Shown: positions 14,388 through 24,521, counted from the first letter of the stretch. The stretch is 64,000 bases of DNA from Defluviitaleaceae bacterium (GCA_009779935.1 WRAX01000002.1:10772-74771), one strand, 5' to 3'. The notes: generated by a model from the letters alone, not told the origin. Numbers and translations are program-made.

Positions 14388-16995
14388 ACCAATTTCTCCC
14401 AACGCTTATATCGATTGCTAATACCACGGACAAGTCCACTGCCCGCTCCATTTCGTCCCTTAAAATGTCGGTTACGGCGGCAACTTCACCCTCTGCCGCT
14501 TCTATCAACAATTCGTCATGCACCTGCAAAATAAGGCGGGATTTAAGCCCTTCGGCATGCAGACGATTATAGACTTTTACCATTGCAATTTTCATAATAT
14601 CGGCGGCAGAGCCTTGTACGGGCATATTCATTGCTGCACGCTCGCCAAAGCCACGGGTTACAAAGTTGCCGCTTGCAAGCTCCGGAATTTGGCGGCGGCG
14701 GCCCCACAAGGTTTCTGCATAACCATCCAATTTGGCACGGCGCACAGCATAATCCATATATTTTTTAACCTTTGGATAACGTTGGAAATAATTGTTAATA
14801 AACCCGTCCGCTTCTTTAACGGATACGCCAATATCCTCCGCCAGCGAAAAAGCCGAAATGCCGTACACAATGCCAAAATTTATGGCCTTTGCAAAGCTTC
14901 TGGTTTGCTCGTCCACCTCTTCCAATGGGATTTGGAAGGCACGTGCGGCTGTGATGCGGTGAATATCCTGATTTTGGGCAAAAGCATCCAAAAAAGTTTC
15001 ATCCCCCGATAGCTCTGCTAAAATGCGCAGTTCAATTTGGCTGTAATCCGCATCTACCAGCACAAAACCGGGGCTTGCCACAAAGGCACGGCGAAGCTCC
15101 CTACCCAAATCGGTACGTATTGGGATGTTTTGTAAATTAGGCTCGGCGGAGGATAGGCGACCCGTGGCTGTTAAAGCTTGGTTAAAGTTGGTGTGTATTT
15201 TACCAGACTTGGGATTTATTGCCGCCAAAAGCCCATCCACATAAGTAGAGCGCAATTTGGAAAAGCTGCGATATTCCAATATTTTGTCAGCGATAGGTTC
15301 GGTTTTTGCCAATTTTTGCAAAACATCTACATTGGTGGAAAAGCCCGTTTTGGTCTTTTTGCCGCCTTTTAGCCCCATATCCTCAAAAAGCACCTTTGCA
15401 AGCTGTTTGGGGGAGTTTATATTAAATTCCTGCCCTGCAAGGGCGTAAATTTCCAACGTTAAGCGGTCAATTTCCACCGTCAGCTTATCGCCATATTCCT
15501 TGATAAATTGGGCATCGATGGCGATGCCGTGATGCTCCATATCTGCCAAAACACCCAAAAGGGGCATTTCCACATCATGGAAAAGTTTGGACATGCCTGT
15601 TTGTTCCAAGTTTTCTGCCATAATGGGGTATGCCCTGTAAATGGCGGAAACATGGGCAAAAGATGTCTGCGATAAGTCCTGAGAAGACTCTTGCGGCTCA
15701 TCCAGCAGACTTAGTTGTGCATCGCCTTTTTCGGGCAAATTCAGTGTTTCGCCTAAATACTGCAAGCTTAAATCCGCAATGCCGTCACCATCCTTTAAGT
15801 TGCCCAGCAGGTAACCGCCCAAAAGTAAGTCAAATGCCAAATTATTTACATTTATGCCCATTTTGCGCAATTTGCGAATGTCTTTTTTGGTATCAAAGGC
15901 AATTTTAGGTGCTTCCCCCTCAAAAAAACTTGCTAAATCAAGGTGTGGGGGTGCAAATGCCACATGCCCATCCTTAGCCAAGCCCAGCCCCAAAATCCGG
16001 TCAGCATCCCACAAAATATGAAATGCAACGGGGTCGGTTGATGTGGAAAAATCAGTTAAATCCTGCAAAATGCTTCCATTTATGGTTTGGCTGGCGGTAG
16101 GTGCAACCCCGCCAAACTTATCCCCAAACTTTTTAAGTACACTTTTTAATTCCAGCCGCCCAAGTTCCTCAAAAGCGGCCTGTGTAAACATTTCACCCAA
16201 CAGCAAGCCACCCACATCCGCATCCACATCCGCATCAGTAATAATTGTTGCCAATTCTTTGGAAAGTCTTGCAATCTCAGCAAATTCCTGCAAATTTTCG
16301 GCGGCTTTTTTGGGTTTGATGGCGGTGGGGTTGGCGGTAACGGCTTCAATGGCCGCTTCGATATTTTTGTAATCCTGTATGATTTTTAGGGCGGTTTTTT
16401 CACCAATGCCCGCCACGCCGGGGATATTGTCGCTTGCATCCCCCATTAACGCTTTCATGTCAATGTATTCGGTGGGTGTAATACCCATTTTCTCCACAAA
16501 ATCAGCTTCAAAATAATCCTCTGTGGTGGTTGTGCCGCCACGGGTTTTGGGTATACGTATTTTTATGCGGCCTGTTGCAACTTGCAATAAATCCTTGTCA
16601 CCGGTGATGATGGTGGTTAAAAAGCCTGCATTTTGGGCTTTGTGGGCAAGGGTTGCCATCACATCATCCGCCTCAAAACCTTCCAGGGATACGATTGGTA
16701 TATTCATCATCCCCAACAAATCCTTTAAGATGGGGATTTGCGCTTTCAACTCGCTTGGAAAAGGTTTGCGTGTTGCCTTATAATTAGCAAACTTAATATG
16801 TCGGAAGGTGGGTGCGGGCAGGTCAAAAACAACTGCGCCGTAATCGGGCAACTCCTCCTCCAACAACTTAAAATATATATTTAGAAAGCCTAAAATTGCA
16901 TTGGTTGGCACGCCTGCCTTGTTGCTCATGGGTGGCAGGGCATAAAATGCACGGTTTATAAGGGACATTCCGTCCAGTAGCATTAATTTTTTCAT
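14374..16995 (-). CDS. polA: DNA polymerase I
   Basis: LLDG..RAFYALP 5'-3' exonuclease; ADYSQIELR, AKAINFGIVYG, LQVHDEL polymerase motifs. Confidence 0.98.
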   Translation of the reverse strand: MKKLMLLDGMSLINRAFYALPPMSNKAGVPTNAILGFLNIYFKLLEEELPDYGAVVFDLPAPTFRHIKFANYKATRKPFPSELKAQIPILKDLLGMMNIPIVSLEGFEADDVMATLAHKAQNAGFLTTIITGDKDLLQVATGRIKIRIPKTRGGTTTTEDYFEADFVEKMGITPTEYIDMKALMGDASDNIPGVAGIGEKTALKIIQDYKNIEAAIEAVTANPTAIKPKKAAENLQEFAEIARLSKELATIITDADVDADVGGLLLGEMFTQAAFEELGRLELKSVLKKFGDKFGGVAPTASQTINGSILQDLTDFSTSTDPVAFHILWDADRILGLGLAKDGHVAFAPPHLDLASFFEGEAPKIAFDTKKDIRKLRKMGINVNNLAFDLLLGGYLLGNLKDGDGIADLSLQYLGETLNLPEKGDAQLSLLDEPQESSQDLSQTSFAHVSAIYRAYPIMAENLEQTGMSKLFHDVEMPLLGVLADMEHHGIAIDAQFIKEYGDKLTVEIDRLTLEIYALAGQEFNINSPKQLAKVLFEDMGLKGGKKTKTGFSTNVDVLQKLAKTEPIADKILEYRSFSKLRSTYVDGLLAAINPKSGKIHTNFNQALTATGRLSSAEPNLQNIPIRTDLGRELRRAFVASPGFVLVDADYSQIELRILAELSGDETFLDAFAQNQDIHRITAARAFQIPLEEVDEQTRSFAKAINFGIVYGISAFSLAEDIGVSVKEADGFINNYFQRYPKVKKYMDYAVRRAKLDGYAETLWGRRRQIPELASGNFVTRGFGERAAMNMPVQGSAADIMKIAMVKVYNRLHAEGLKSRLILQVHDELLIEAAEGEVAAVTDILRDEMERAVDLSVVLAIDISVGRNWYESK

Positions 16996-17053
16996 GGGCA
17001 TCTCCAAATGTAGTGTTTGGGATATTTTATCACAGTGCAGGCAAGATGTCAAT

Positions 17054-17092
17054 TCATCACCCCATCATTTTATTTAATTGATGGGGTGATGA
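17054..17092. repeat. Perfect 14-bp inverted repeat between divergent polA and ptb
   Basis: TCATCACCCCATCA-11 nt-TGATGGGGTGATGA. Confidence 0.7.
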
Positions 17093-17102
17093 GAAATTCT
17101 GC

Positions 17103-17131
17103 TTGCGTAAATTTTACAGATATGTTACACT
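17103..17131 (+). promoter_or_regulatory. sigmaA-type promoter of the ptb-buk operon
   Basis: TTGCGT-17 bp-TACACT with TG extension. Confidence 0.5.
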
Positions 17132-17169
17132 AATTACATAGAAAACTATCCTACCTAAGAGGTGATAAT

Positions 17170-18063
17170 ATCAAAGGTTTTTACGAAATTTTTAACCTTG
17201 CACGCAACAAAGAAAATGCTGCCGTAGCCGTAGCTGTGGCGGGTGCGCCCTATGTGATGGAAGCCGCCTACGAAGCCACAAAGCTGGGCATTGCCACTAT
17301 GATTTTGGTGGGTGATGAGGCGAAAATTAGCCAAATTGCCCATGAAAGAGGCATAGACCTTAGCCAGTTTAAGGTGGTGGACGAGCCTGACCCGATTGCC
17401 GCTTGTAAAACCGCTGTAAGTCTTGTTTCCAGCAGGCAAGCCAGCTCCCTAATGAAAGGGGATATTGACACATCCACTGTCATGCGGGCGGTTTTGGATA
17501 AGGAAACGGGCTTGCGCAGCGGCAAAAAGCTAAGCCATATTGCCGCTTTTGAAACCGAGGGCTACCACAAAATGCTCTTTGCCACCGATTGTGCCATTAA
17601 CATCGCCCCCGATTTTGATACCAAAATCGATATTATCGAAAATGCGGTGGCGGCTTTGCAAAACTTAGGCATTGCAAAGCCAAAAGTTGCCTTAATGGCC
17701 GCCAAAGAAACTGTGGATGATAAAATGCCCGTAACCGGGGAATGGGCGAAGATTGTGGATTTGCACAAGTCCGGTGAGCGGATGACGGGTTGCGTTGTTG
17801 ATGGCCCCCTGGCTTTGGACAATGCCGTTTCCGAAGATGCTTGCCGTATAAAGGGTATAAACAGCCCCGTGGGCGCAGATGCGGATATTTTGGTTGCCCC
17901 GTCCATCGAGGCAGGCAATATGCTTTATAAATGCTTATCATTTATCACCAAAGCCAAAAACGGCGGGGTGGTGCTTGGGGCAAAACGCCCAATCGTACTA
18001 ACCTCCCGTGCGGACACGGCAGAAAGTAAGCTAATTTCCATTGCATTATCAGTTTTGTTTTAA
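17170..18063 (+). CDS. ptb: Phosphate butyryltransferase / branched-chain phosphotransacylase
   Basis: LMKG, TDCAINIAPD, VDGPLALDNAVS, GNMLYK, PIVLTSRAD; conserved N-terminus extends in frame to ATC at 17170. Confidence 0.93.
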   Translation: MKGFYEIFNLARNKENAAVAVAVAGAPYVMEAAYEATKLGIATMILVGDEAKISQIAHERGIDLSQFKVVDEPDPIAACKTAVSLVSSRQASSLMKGDIDTSTVMRAVLDKETGLRSGKKLSHIAAFETEGYHKMLFATDCAINIAPDFDTKIDIIENAVAALQNLGIAKPKVALMAAKETVDDKMPVTGEWAKIVDLHKSGERMTGCVVDGPLALDNAVSEDACRIKGINSPVGADADILVAPSIEAGNMLYKCLSFITKAKNGGVVLGAKRPIVLTSRADTAESKLISIALSVLF

Positions 18064-18153
18064 GGAAAACTTTTTTCGTATTTGGCGAAAAACCACTACG
18101 CAATTGTTGAAGTGGAACGTTTCAACAATTGTTGCGTTGTTGAGGAGATTTAG

Positions 18154-19236
18154 ATGAAAATTTTAATTGTAAACCCGGGCTCCACATCCACCAAAATGGG
18201 CTTGTATGATGGAGAAACCCCTATCTTTGAAAAAACCCTGCGCCACCAAACCGAGGAATTAAAGCCTTTTGAGCGGGTAGGGGATCAGTATGATTTTCGT
18301 AAAAACATTATCCGTGATGAGCTAAAAGTGCAAGGTGTGGAACTTAGCGACTTGGCTGGTATTGTAGGCATGGGTGGCTTGCTTGCGCCCCTTGCCGGCG
18401 GTACATATATCGTCAACGATGTGATGGTGGATGATTTACGTAGCGGCAAATACGGCGAACATGCATCCAACTTAGGCGGGCTTATTGCCCGTGCCATGGC
18501 GGACGAGGTGGGTATACCCGCCTATATTGTAGACCCCGTTGTGGTGGACGAAATGGAGGATGTTTACCGTTTTAGCGGCCATCCCGAAATTACCCGCCGC
18601 AGCATCTTCCACGCCCTTAACCAAAAGGCCATTGCCCGCAAATACTGCGCCGAGCAGGGCAAGCGTTATGAAGATGTTAATTTGATTGTTGCCCATATGG
18701 GCGGGGGCATTTCTGTGTCCTTCCACAACAAAGGGCGGGTTATTGATACCAACAATGCCCTTGATGGCTGTGGTCCGTTTACGCCAGAGCGAAGCGGGGG
18801 ACTGCCCGCAGGGCAATTGGCCACATTATGTTTTAGCGGCAAATACACCCATGCCCAAATTAAAGGCATGATAACGGGCAAAGGCGGCGTTTCGGCCTAT
18901 ATCGGCTCCAACTCCATGTTAGAATTGGAGCAAAGGGCGGAAACCGAGCCTGATATGAAGCTGTTGATGGATGCTATGTGTGTGCAAATTGCCAAAGAAA
19001 TTGGTGGTTTATCCGCATCTGCTTGCGGCCGGCTGGATGCCATACTGCTAACGGGCGGCATTGCCTACGGCAAGCCTGTTGTAGCAGAAATCACCCGCAG
19101 GGTGGGCTTTATCGCCCCTGTCCACGCTTATCCCGGAGAGGACGAGCTTCTTGCACTATCGCAAGGGGCTTTGCGTGTGTTAAAAGGTGAGGAAGAAGCT
19201 AAAATTTACCAAGGCAAACCCATTTTTGGCGTTTAG
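18154..19236 (+). CDS. buk: Butyrate / branched-chain fatty acid kinase
   Basis: INPGSTSTK-like motif (VNPGSTSTK), HASNLG, HALNQKA, HMGGGISV, PERSG, YPGEDE. Confidence 0.97.
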   Translation: MKILIVNPGSTSTKMGLYDGETPIFEKTLRHQTEELKPFERVGDQYDFRKNIIRDELKVQGVELSDLAGIVGMGGLLAPLAGGTYIVNDVMVDDLRSGKYGEHASNLGGLIARAMADEVGIPAYIVDPVVVDEMEDVYRFSGHPEITRRSIFHALNQKAIARKYCAEQGKRYEDVNLIVAHMGGGISVSFHNKGRVIDTNNALDGCGPFTPERSGGLPAGQLATLCFSGKYTHAQIKGMITGKGGVSAYIGSNSMLELEQRAETEPDMKLLMDAMCVQIAKEIGGLSASACGRLDAILLTGGIAYGKPVVAEITRRVGFIAPVHAYPGEDELLALSQGALRVLKGEEEAKIYQGKPIFGV

Positions 19237-19809
19237 GTGGTGAAAATGAAAAGCTGGTTGGCTGATAAAAGCAAAGTTGTAATACTTATAATCACGATGG
19301 CCTTGCTTCTGTTGGGCAGTTTTGGGCTTGGCGTTTACTTCTTTACCTCATTCTTCGTAGATATTATTAATACGGAAAGTGTGAGGATGGAAAATGGCGA
19401 AATTATCACAATGGAGCGTGGTGGAACTTTCCATATATACTTGGAAGATAATCGCCCACCTATTCATACCAACCACGGTTTTACCTTCACCAACACCGTA
19501 ACCGGGCAGATTGTTTATAGCCGCCCAATGCCTGCCAATTTTAGTGTTATATACAACATTGGTAATGTCCACGGTAGGCGAATTGCTTTGGCAGAGCTGG
19601 AACAGGGCGACCATATTTTAGAATTTGCCCCATGGCAAGGCACTGGATATTTTACTCAAGGCGTGGAGTTTATACAACCCGCTTTTATGCTTTTTATGCA
19701 GATGGGGCTTATTGGGCTCGCCATAATGGTGTTTTTCATTTTTATAACTTTACTTTCGGTGCGCCTTTACAAGTTAAGTAAATTACAGCAAAGACAATTA
19801 AATTTTTAA
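19237..19809 (+). CDS. Hypothetical membrane protein (2 TM helices around a beta-rich domain)
   Basis: 190 aa with N- and C-terminal hydrophobic helices; fills the buk to dehydrogenase gap. Confidence 0.7.
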   Translation: MVKMKSWLADKSKVVILIITMALLLLGSFGLGVYFFTSFFVDIINTESVRMENGEIITMERGGTFHIYLEDNRPPIHTNHGFTFTNTVTGQIVYSRPMPANFSVIYNIGNVHGRRIALAELEQGDHILEFAPWQGTGYFTQGVEFIQPAFMLFMQMGLIGLAIMVFFIFITLLSVRLYKLSKLQQRQLNF

Positions 19810-19831
19810 CATATTTTAGGAGGATTTTATA

Positions 19832-20923
19832 ATGGACAAATTCGGCTACATGGAAAAGTATGACTTTGAGCAATTGTCCTTTTTCCAACACAAAGCAACA
19901 GGGCTAAAGGCAATTACAGCAATCCACAATACAGTGCTTGGCCCATCCCTTGGCGGTACACGCTTTTGGGTTTATGATGATGAGGAAGCGGCAATTGAGG
20001 ACGCTTTGCGCCTTGCCCGTGGCATGACATATAAATCCGCCTTGGCGGGACTACCCCTTGGTGGTGGTAAGTCGGTAATTATTGGTGATGCTACCGTTCT
20101 TCGTAAAGACCCTGTTAAGCGTGAAGCTTTCTGGCGTGCTTTCGGTCGTTATATTGAGGGGCTAAATGGTCGCTATATCACCGCTGAGGACGTGGGAACA
20201 ACCACCCAAGACATGGTTTATGTAAACATGGAAACCAACAATGTGGTGGGGCTTCCAGGGCGTTCTGGCGACCCAAGCCCGTATACTGCCCGTGGCGTAT
20301 TTAAGTCTGTTTTAGCTTGTGCAAAACACGTTTACGGCAGTGACGACATCACTGGCAAGGTTATTGCAGTGCAAGGTCTTGGAAATGTGGGTTATCACCT
20401 TTGCAAAAACCTGCACGGTGCAGGGGCAAAGCTGATTGTAACAGACATCAACCAAACCAACCTTGACCGTGTTGTAAACGAGTTCGGTGCGACCCCTGTT
20501 GCACCCGATGAAATTTATGGGGTAGAATGTGATATTTACGCACCATGTGCTTTGGGTGCGACTGTAAATGATGACACAATCCCACAATTTAAGTGCAAAA
20601 TCGTTTGTGGCGGTGCAAACAACATTTTGAAGGATGCACCAAAACACGGCAAAGCCTTAGAAGAGCGTGGCATCGTTTACGCACCTGACTATCTTGCCAA
20701 TGCTGGCGGTGTTATTAACGTATCCTACGAAATTAGAGAAGGCGGGTATAACGAAGAAGCTTCTCTACGTGATATTGACTATATTTACCACAGAATGTTG
20801 GAAATACTTACAATTTCTAAAGAAACAGGCCGCCTTACCTATGAAGTGGCGGACAAAATGGCAGAAGACCGTGTGGAAGCCATGCGCAATATTAAATCTA
20901 TTATGACAAGCAATAAAAATTAG
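19832..20923 (+). CDS. Leucine dehydrogenase (Glu/Leu/Phe/Val dehydrogenase family)
   Basis: [50 protein letters not shown]; codon bias of a highly expressed gene. Confidence 0.95.
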   Translation: MDKFGYMEKYDFEQLSFFQHKATGLKAITAIHNTVLGPSLGGTRFWVYDDEEAAIEDALRLARGMTYKSALAGLPLGGGKSVIIGDATVLRKDPVKREAFWRAFGRYIEGLNGRYITAEDVGTTTQDMVYVNMETNNVVGLPGRSGDPSPYTARGVFKSVLACAKHVYGSDDITGKVIAVQGLGNVGYHLCKNLHGAGAKLIVTDINQTNLDRVVNEFGATPVAPDEIYGVECDIYAPCALGATVNDDTIPQFKCKIVCGGANNILKDAPKHGKALEERGIVYAPDYLANAGGVINVSYEIREGGYNEEASLRDIDYIYHRMLEILTISKETGRLTYEVADKMAEDRVEAMRNIKSIMTSNKN

Positions 20924-20924
20924 T

Positions 20925-21575
20925 ATGACCTATGTAATTACAGGCTTTTACGGCAGCGGTAAAACGGAATTTTCCCTTAACCTTGCCTTGGAGCTTGCCG
21001 GGCAAGGCGGGCAAGTTACCCTTGCGGATTTGGATGCTATAAACCCCTACTTCCGATCCCGAGAGCGGCTGGATGATATGGCAAAGCATGGCATAACCGT
21101 GGAAAGTGACCATTTGGATAACAACACAGGCTATGATTTGCCTGCCATCAGCTTTGCCTTCCTGTCCAAAGTGCGGAGGGGTGAAAATGTGATAGCCGAC
21201 CTTGGCGGGGGTGATATGGGCGCAAGGCTTTTGGCTTACTGTCACGAGGCGGTTTTAAGTGTGCCGCATCAGTTTTTGTGCGTGCTTAACCCCTTTCGCC
21301 CGGACACGGATACGGTGGATAAAATGCGGGGTTTTATTAAAACCATTAATGCCGCAAGCCCCCTTAAAATTACTGGGGTGGTGTGCAATGGGCATATGTT
21401 GCACCATACCACGGCAGAAGATGTTTTGCAATCCGAAAAAATGGTGGCGCAGGTGGGCTTGCCTGTAAAATACACCATGTTGCGCCGTGATATTTACAAT
21501 CAGATTAATGACAAATTATTGTCAGAAAAAGCCATGGTTTTTAACAAACTGCAAATGCGTGAGGAATGGCAATAG
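20925..21575 (+). CDS. P-loop ATP-binding protein commonly found beside vor-type oxidoreductase genes
   Basis: TGFYGSGKTEF, DLDAINPYFRSR, DLGG, NPFRP. Confidence 0.8.
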   Translation: MTYVITGFYGSGKTEFSLNLALELAGQGGQVTLADLDAINPYFRSRERLDDMAKHGITVESDHLDNNTGYDLPAISFAFLSKVRRGENVIADLGGGDMGARLLAYCHEAVLSVPHQFLCVLNPFRPDTDTVDKMRGFIKTINAASPLKITGVVCNGHMLHHTTAEDVLQSEKMVAQVGLPVKYTMLRRDIYNQINDKLLSEKAMVFNKLQMREEWQ

Positions 21576-21610
21576 CTCTCCAAACCGCCATTTTATGAGG
21601 AGGAATTAGC

Positions 21611-21825
21611 ATGTACGAATATAAAAGCGAGGCAGTTAGAGTAAATTTTAATCTTACCAAAAAAGAAAAGATGCAGATATCTGTCAAGCCGAGGTTGTTG
21701 ATGAAATAATTAACGAATTAGCCTTGGAAGGGCGGGAGCTTGTAACCCACTCTATGGCAGTGGCATATGGCATTGCAGACTTGGTCCACACGGTTTTGCT
21801 TACATTCAAAAGATTGAAAAAATAG
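21611..21825 (+). pseudogene. DUF4177-like small protein with a frameshift
   Basis: MYEYKSE.. after GAGGAGG RBS; continuation ..DEIINELALEGRELV...LLTFKR is in the -1 frame after AAAAAAGAAAAG. Confidence 0.6.
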
Positions 21826-21968
21826 AAGCAATACACCAATGAGCTACTATTAAATGACAACTAAATGATGACGAGGATTGGCAATAAGAATAATATAGAC
21901 ACAAGGAAGGTGAAACCATTGGGAGCAGAATCCGCATAATATAACTTTTATTAAACGGAGGAAAAGGA

Positions 21969-22400
21969 ATGCTTACAATTTCATATGCAACACCGGAAGA
22001 TGCACCATATGTGCTGTCCATGGGTCACTGGCCGCCTTCACCGCTGGGTGAGCATGAAGTGGAGATGAAGATAAGGGACGAGCGTTGCTATATATTACGG
22101 GAAAATGGGCAAATCATCGGCATTTTGCGATGGAATATGATGTTTGAATTCGTGCCCTTTCTCACACTGATGTGGTTTGATAAGCCCCATCGTGGCAAAG
22201 GTTATGGCAAACAAGCCATAACCCATTGGGAAGATGAGATGCGCAGGCTTGGGTACAAAATGATAATGGTATCCACCCAGGTGGATGAGGATGGCCAGCA
22301 TTTTTACCGTAAAATGGGATATAAAGATATGGGCAGCATTGTAATGGATATTGCACCGTATGAGCAACCCCTTGAAATGTTTTTAGGCAAAGCTTTATAA
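21969..22400 (+). CDS. GNAT family N-acetyltransferase
   Basis: HRGKGYG acetyl-CoA motif, STQVDE..QHFYRKMGY. Confidence 0.9.
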   Translation: MLTISYATPEDAPYVLSMGHWPPSPLGEHEVEMKIRDERCYILRENGQIIGILRWNMMFEFVPFLTLMWFDKPHRGKGYGKQAITHWEDEMRRLGYKMIMVSTQVDEDGQHFYRKMGYKDMGSIVMDIAPYEQPLEMFLGKAL

Positions 22401-22424
22401 AGATACAGAGGCAAAGATGCACCA

Positions 22425-22460
22425 ACCCACCGCTGCGGTTACAATGCCGCAGCGGTGGGT
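22425..22460. repeat. Perfect GC-rich hairpin (REP-like)
   Basis: ACCCACCGCTGCGG-8 nt-CCGCAGCGGTGGGT. Confidence 0.7.
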
Positions 22461-22497
22461 AATGGTGTTGTAATAGCAATATACGAGAGGTGATAAA

Positions 22498-22734
22498 GTG
22501 AGCGTTTCAACATACACCGCAAAACACAGGCTGGTTTTTGCGGACAATTTGTGCAAGGGCTGTGACCTTTGTGCAGTAGCATGCCCAAAAGATATTATTA
22601 AAATGGACAAAACACGGGTAAATGAAAAAGGCTACAACCCCGCCATGTGTTTTGACATGGATGCCTGCATAGCCTGCGGGATATGCGCTAAAATCTGCCC
22701 GGATTCGGTTATAAAAGTGGAGCGTGATATATGA
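22498..22734 (+). CDS. 2-oxoacid:ferredoxin oxidoreductase delta (2x[4Fe-4S]) subunit
   Basis: CKGCDLCAVACP and CIACGICAKICPD. Confidence 0.92.
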   Translation: MSVSTYTAKHRLVFADNLCKGCDLCAVACPKDIIKMDKTRVNEKGYNPAMCFDMDACIACGICAKICPDSVIKVERDI

Positions 22735-23786
22735 TGAGCAAGGTTTTGATGAAAGGTAACGAGGCTATTTGCGATGCGGCAATACGTGCCGGTTGCAAGG
22801 CGTTTTTTGGCTATCCCATAACGCCGCAAAACGAAGTGCCCGAGTATATGACGAAAAAATTGCCCGAGGCGGGCGGTGTTTTTGTGCAAGCGGAAAGCGA
22901 AACATCCGCCATCAACATGGTGTATGGGGCAGCGGCGGCAGGCATTAGGGTGATGACCAGTTCCAGCTCGCCGGGTATTGCGCTAAAACAGGAGGGCATC
23001 TCCTATCTTGTGGGGGCGGATTTGCCTTGCGTTATTGTGTCCGTATCCCGTGCGGGCCCCGGGCTTGGCGGTATTTTGCCGGCTCAGTCCGACTATTTCC
23101 AGGCTACCCGTGGCGGCGGCAATGGGGACTATTATTTGCCTGTTTATGCCCCATTCAGCATACAAGAGGCCATGGACTTGGTTTTTAAGGCCTTTGATGT
23201 GGCGGATGAATACCGCACACCCGTAATGGTGCTGTTTGATGGTATGCTTGGACAAATGATGGAGCCTTGCACCCCCGTGGACAAAAAGCCCGGCAATTTT
23301 GATAAAAAATGGGCGGCAAACGGCAATTCGGATGGCCGTGCGCCCAATGCAGTATCATCTCTTAGCCTAAAAGGCGAAGTTTTAGAGCAGATGAACCTGC
23401 GCCGTTTTAAGACCTACGATGATATTAAAGCAAAAGAAACTATGGTGGACAACCGTGTGACAGATGGGGACGAGGTGGCAATTGTTGCTTACGGCACGCC
23501 TGCCCGCATCGTCCTAAATGCCATTGAAATTTTGAAGGAGCAAGGGATTAAAGCAGGCCTTGTGCGCCCGATTACCCTATGGCCCTTCCCCTATGCGGAT
23601 TTTGCAAACCTGCCCGCCAGTGTTAAAAATGTGGTGGTTTGTGAGCTATCCATGGGGCAAATGGTGGAGGATGTGCGCCTTGGCGTAAACGGCAAACTTC
23701 CTGTGCACTTCTACGGGCGCACAGGCGGCATGATTTTTGAGCCGGAGGAGATTGCGGAGCAAATTAAGAAGATTATCGGTAAGTAA
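22731..23786 (+). CDS. vorB: 2-oxoisovalerate:ferredoxin oxidoreductase alpha-type subunit (VorB)
   Basis: MKGNEA, FGYPITPQ, QAESE, TSSSSPG, RAGPGLG, GRTGG. Confidence 0.92.
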   Translation: MMSKVLMKGNEAICDAAIRAGCKAFFGYPITPQNEVPEYMTKKLPEAGGVFVQAESETSAINMVYGAAAAGIRVMTSSSSPGIALKQEGISYLVGADLPCVIVSVSRAGPGLGGILPAQSDYFQATRGGGNGDYYLPVYAPFSIQEAMDLVFKAFDVADEYRTPVMVLFDGMLGQMMEPCTPVDKKPGNFDKKWAANGNSDGRAPNAVSSLSLKGEVLEQMNLRRFKTYDDIKAKETMVDNRVTDGDEVAIVAYGTPARIVLNAIEILKEQGIKAGLVRPITLWPFPYADFANLPASVKNVVVCELSMGQMVEDVRLGVNGKLPVHFYGRTGGMIFEPEEIAEQIKKIIGK

Positions 23787-23845
23787 TTCGGAGGGCGGGT
23801 AATAGCTATAATTGAGGAGTGTTTTAAGGAAGCCGAAGAACGCTT

Positions 23846-24280
23846 GTGCGCATACAACTGATCGAACCAAACCAGTGTCCAGTTTGCAAGAAAGCTATAA
23901 AACCACATTTTATTGCTGGGCTTGCAAACCCTTATGCACAAAAAGCGTATGCACTTTTTGAGTATAGAGCCTGCTTTGATGGTTTCATAAAAACGATGCC
24001 GATTAGCAAATCCAGAGAAAGATAAGGCGAACTCCAAGAGGTTAAGGAAGCGATAAAAAGCAAGTCCTTAGCCCACTGCATCAGTAATGATGTCAGTAAT
24101 GATAATATTAAGCTTGTAGCAACAAGGGCATCTTGGATTGGCAATGATGAAACCCATTATGTGCGAAAACGCGAAGATAAGGATATAACAGATTTGAAAA
24201 GGCTTGTAAACCTGACAGTGCGCTGGATCGAAAATGAATGCGAGACCCTTGAAGCACAAGAAATACCCTATAAAAAGTAA
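23846..24280 (+). pseudogene. DUF4145-like (HEPN-related) protein remnant
   Basis: N-terminal PNQCPVCKKAIKP..YRAC zinc-ribbon fragment and C-terminal WIGNDETHYVRK..DITDLK; middle missing, stop and frameshift between the parts. Confidence 0.6.
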
Positions 24281-24521
24281 GTGGCTATCCAAAATAGTAT
24301 GGTGAGGCAACAAAACCCATAACCTTAAAAGAGCAAAGCAAGGAGATGCTGGATGAAGAGTTTTGTTTGGCATTATGCAATCGCAACCCCGCTTTTAACG
24401 AAAATGATTTCACGCCTATCGAAATTCTCACCGAAAAATGGGGCATCAATTTAGGTTATAAGGATTAGGCTTCACAAATCTGTAATTTAGGAAATATTTA
24501 CAAGTGAAAGGACGGAATTTA

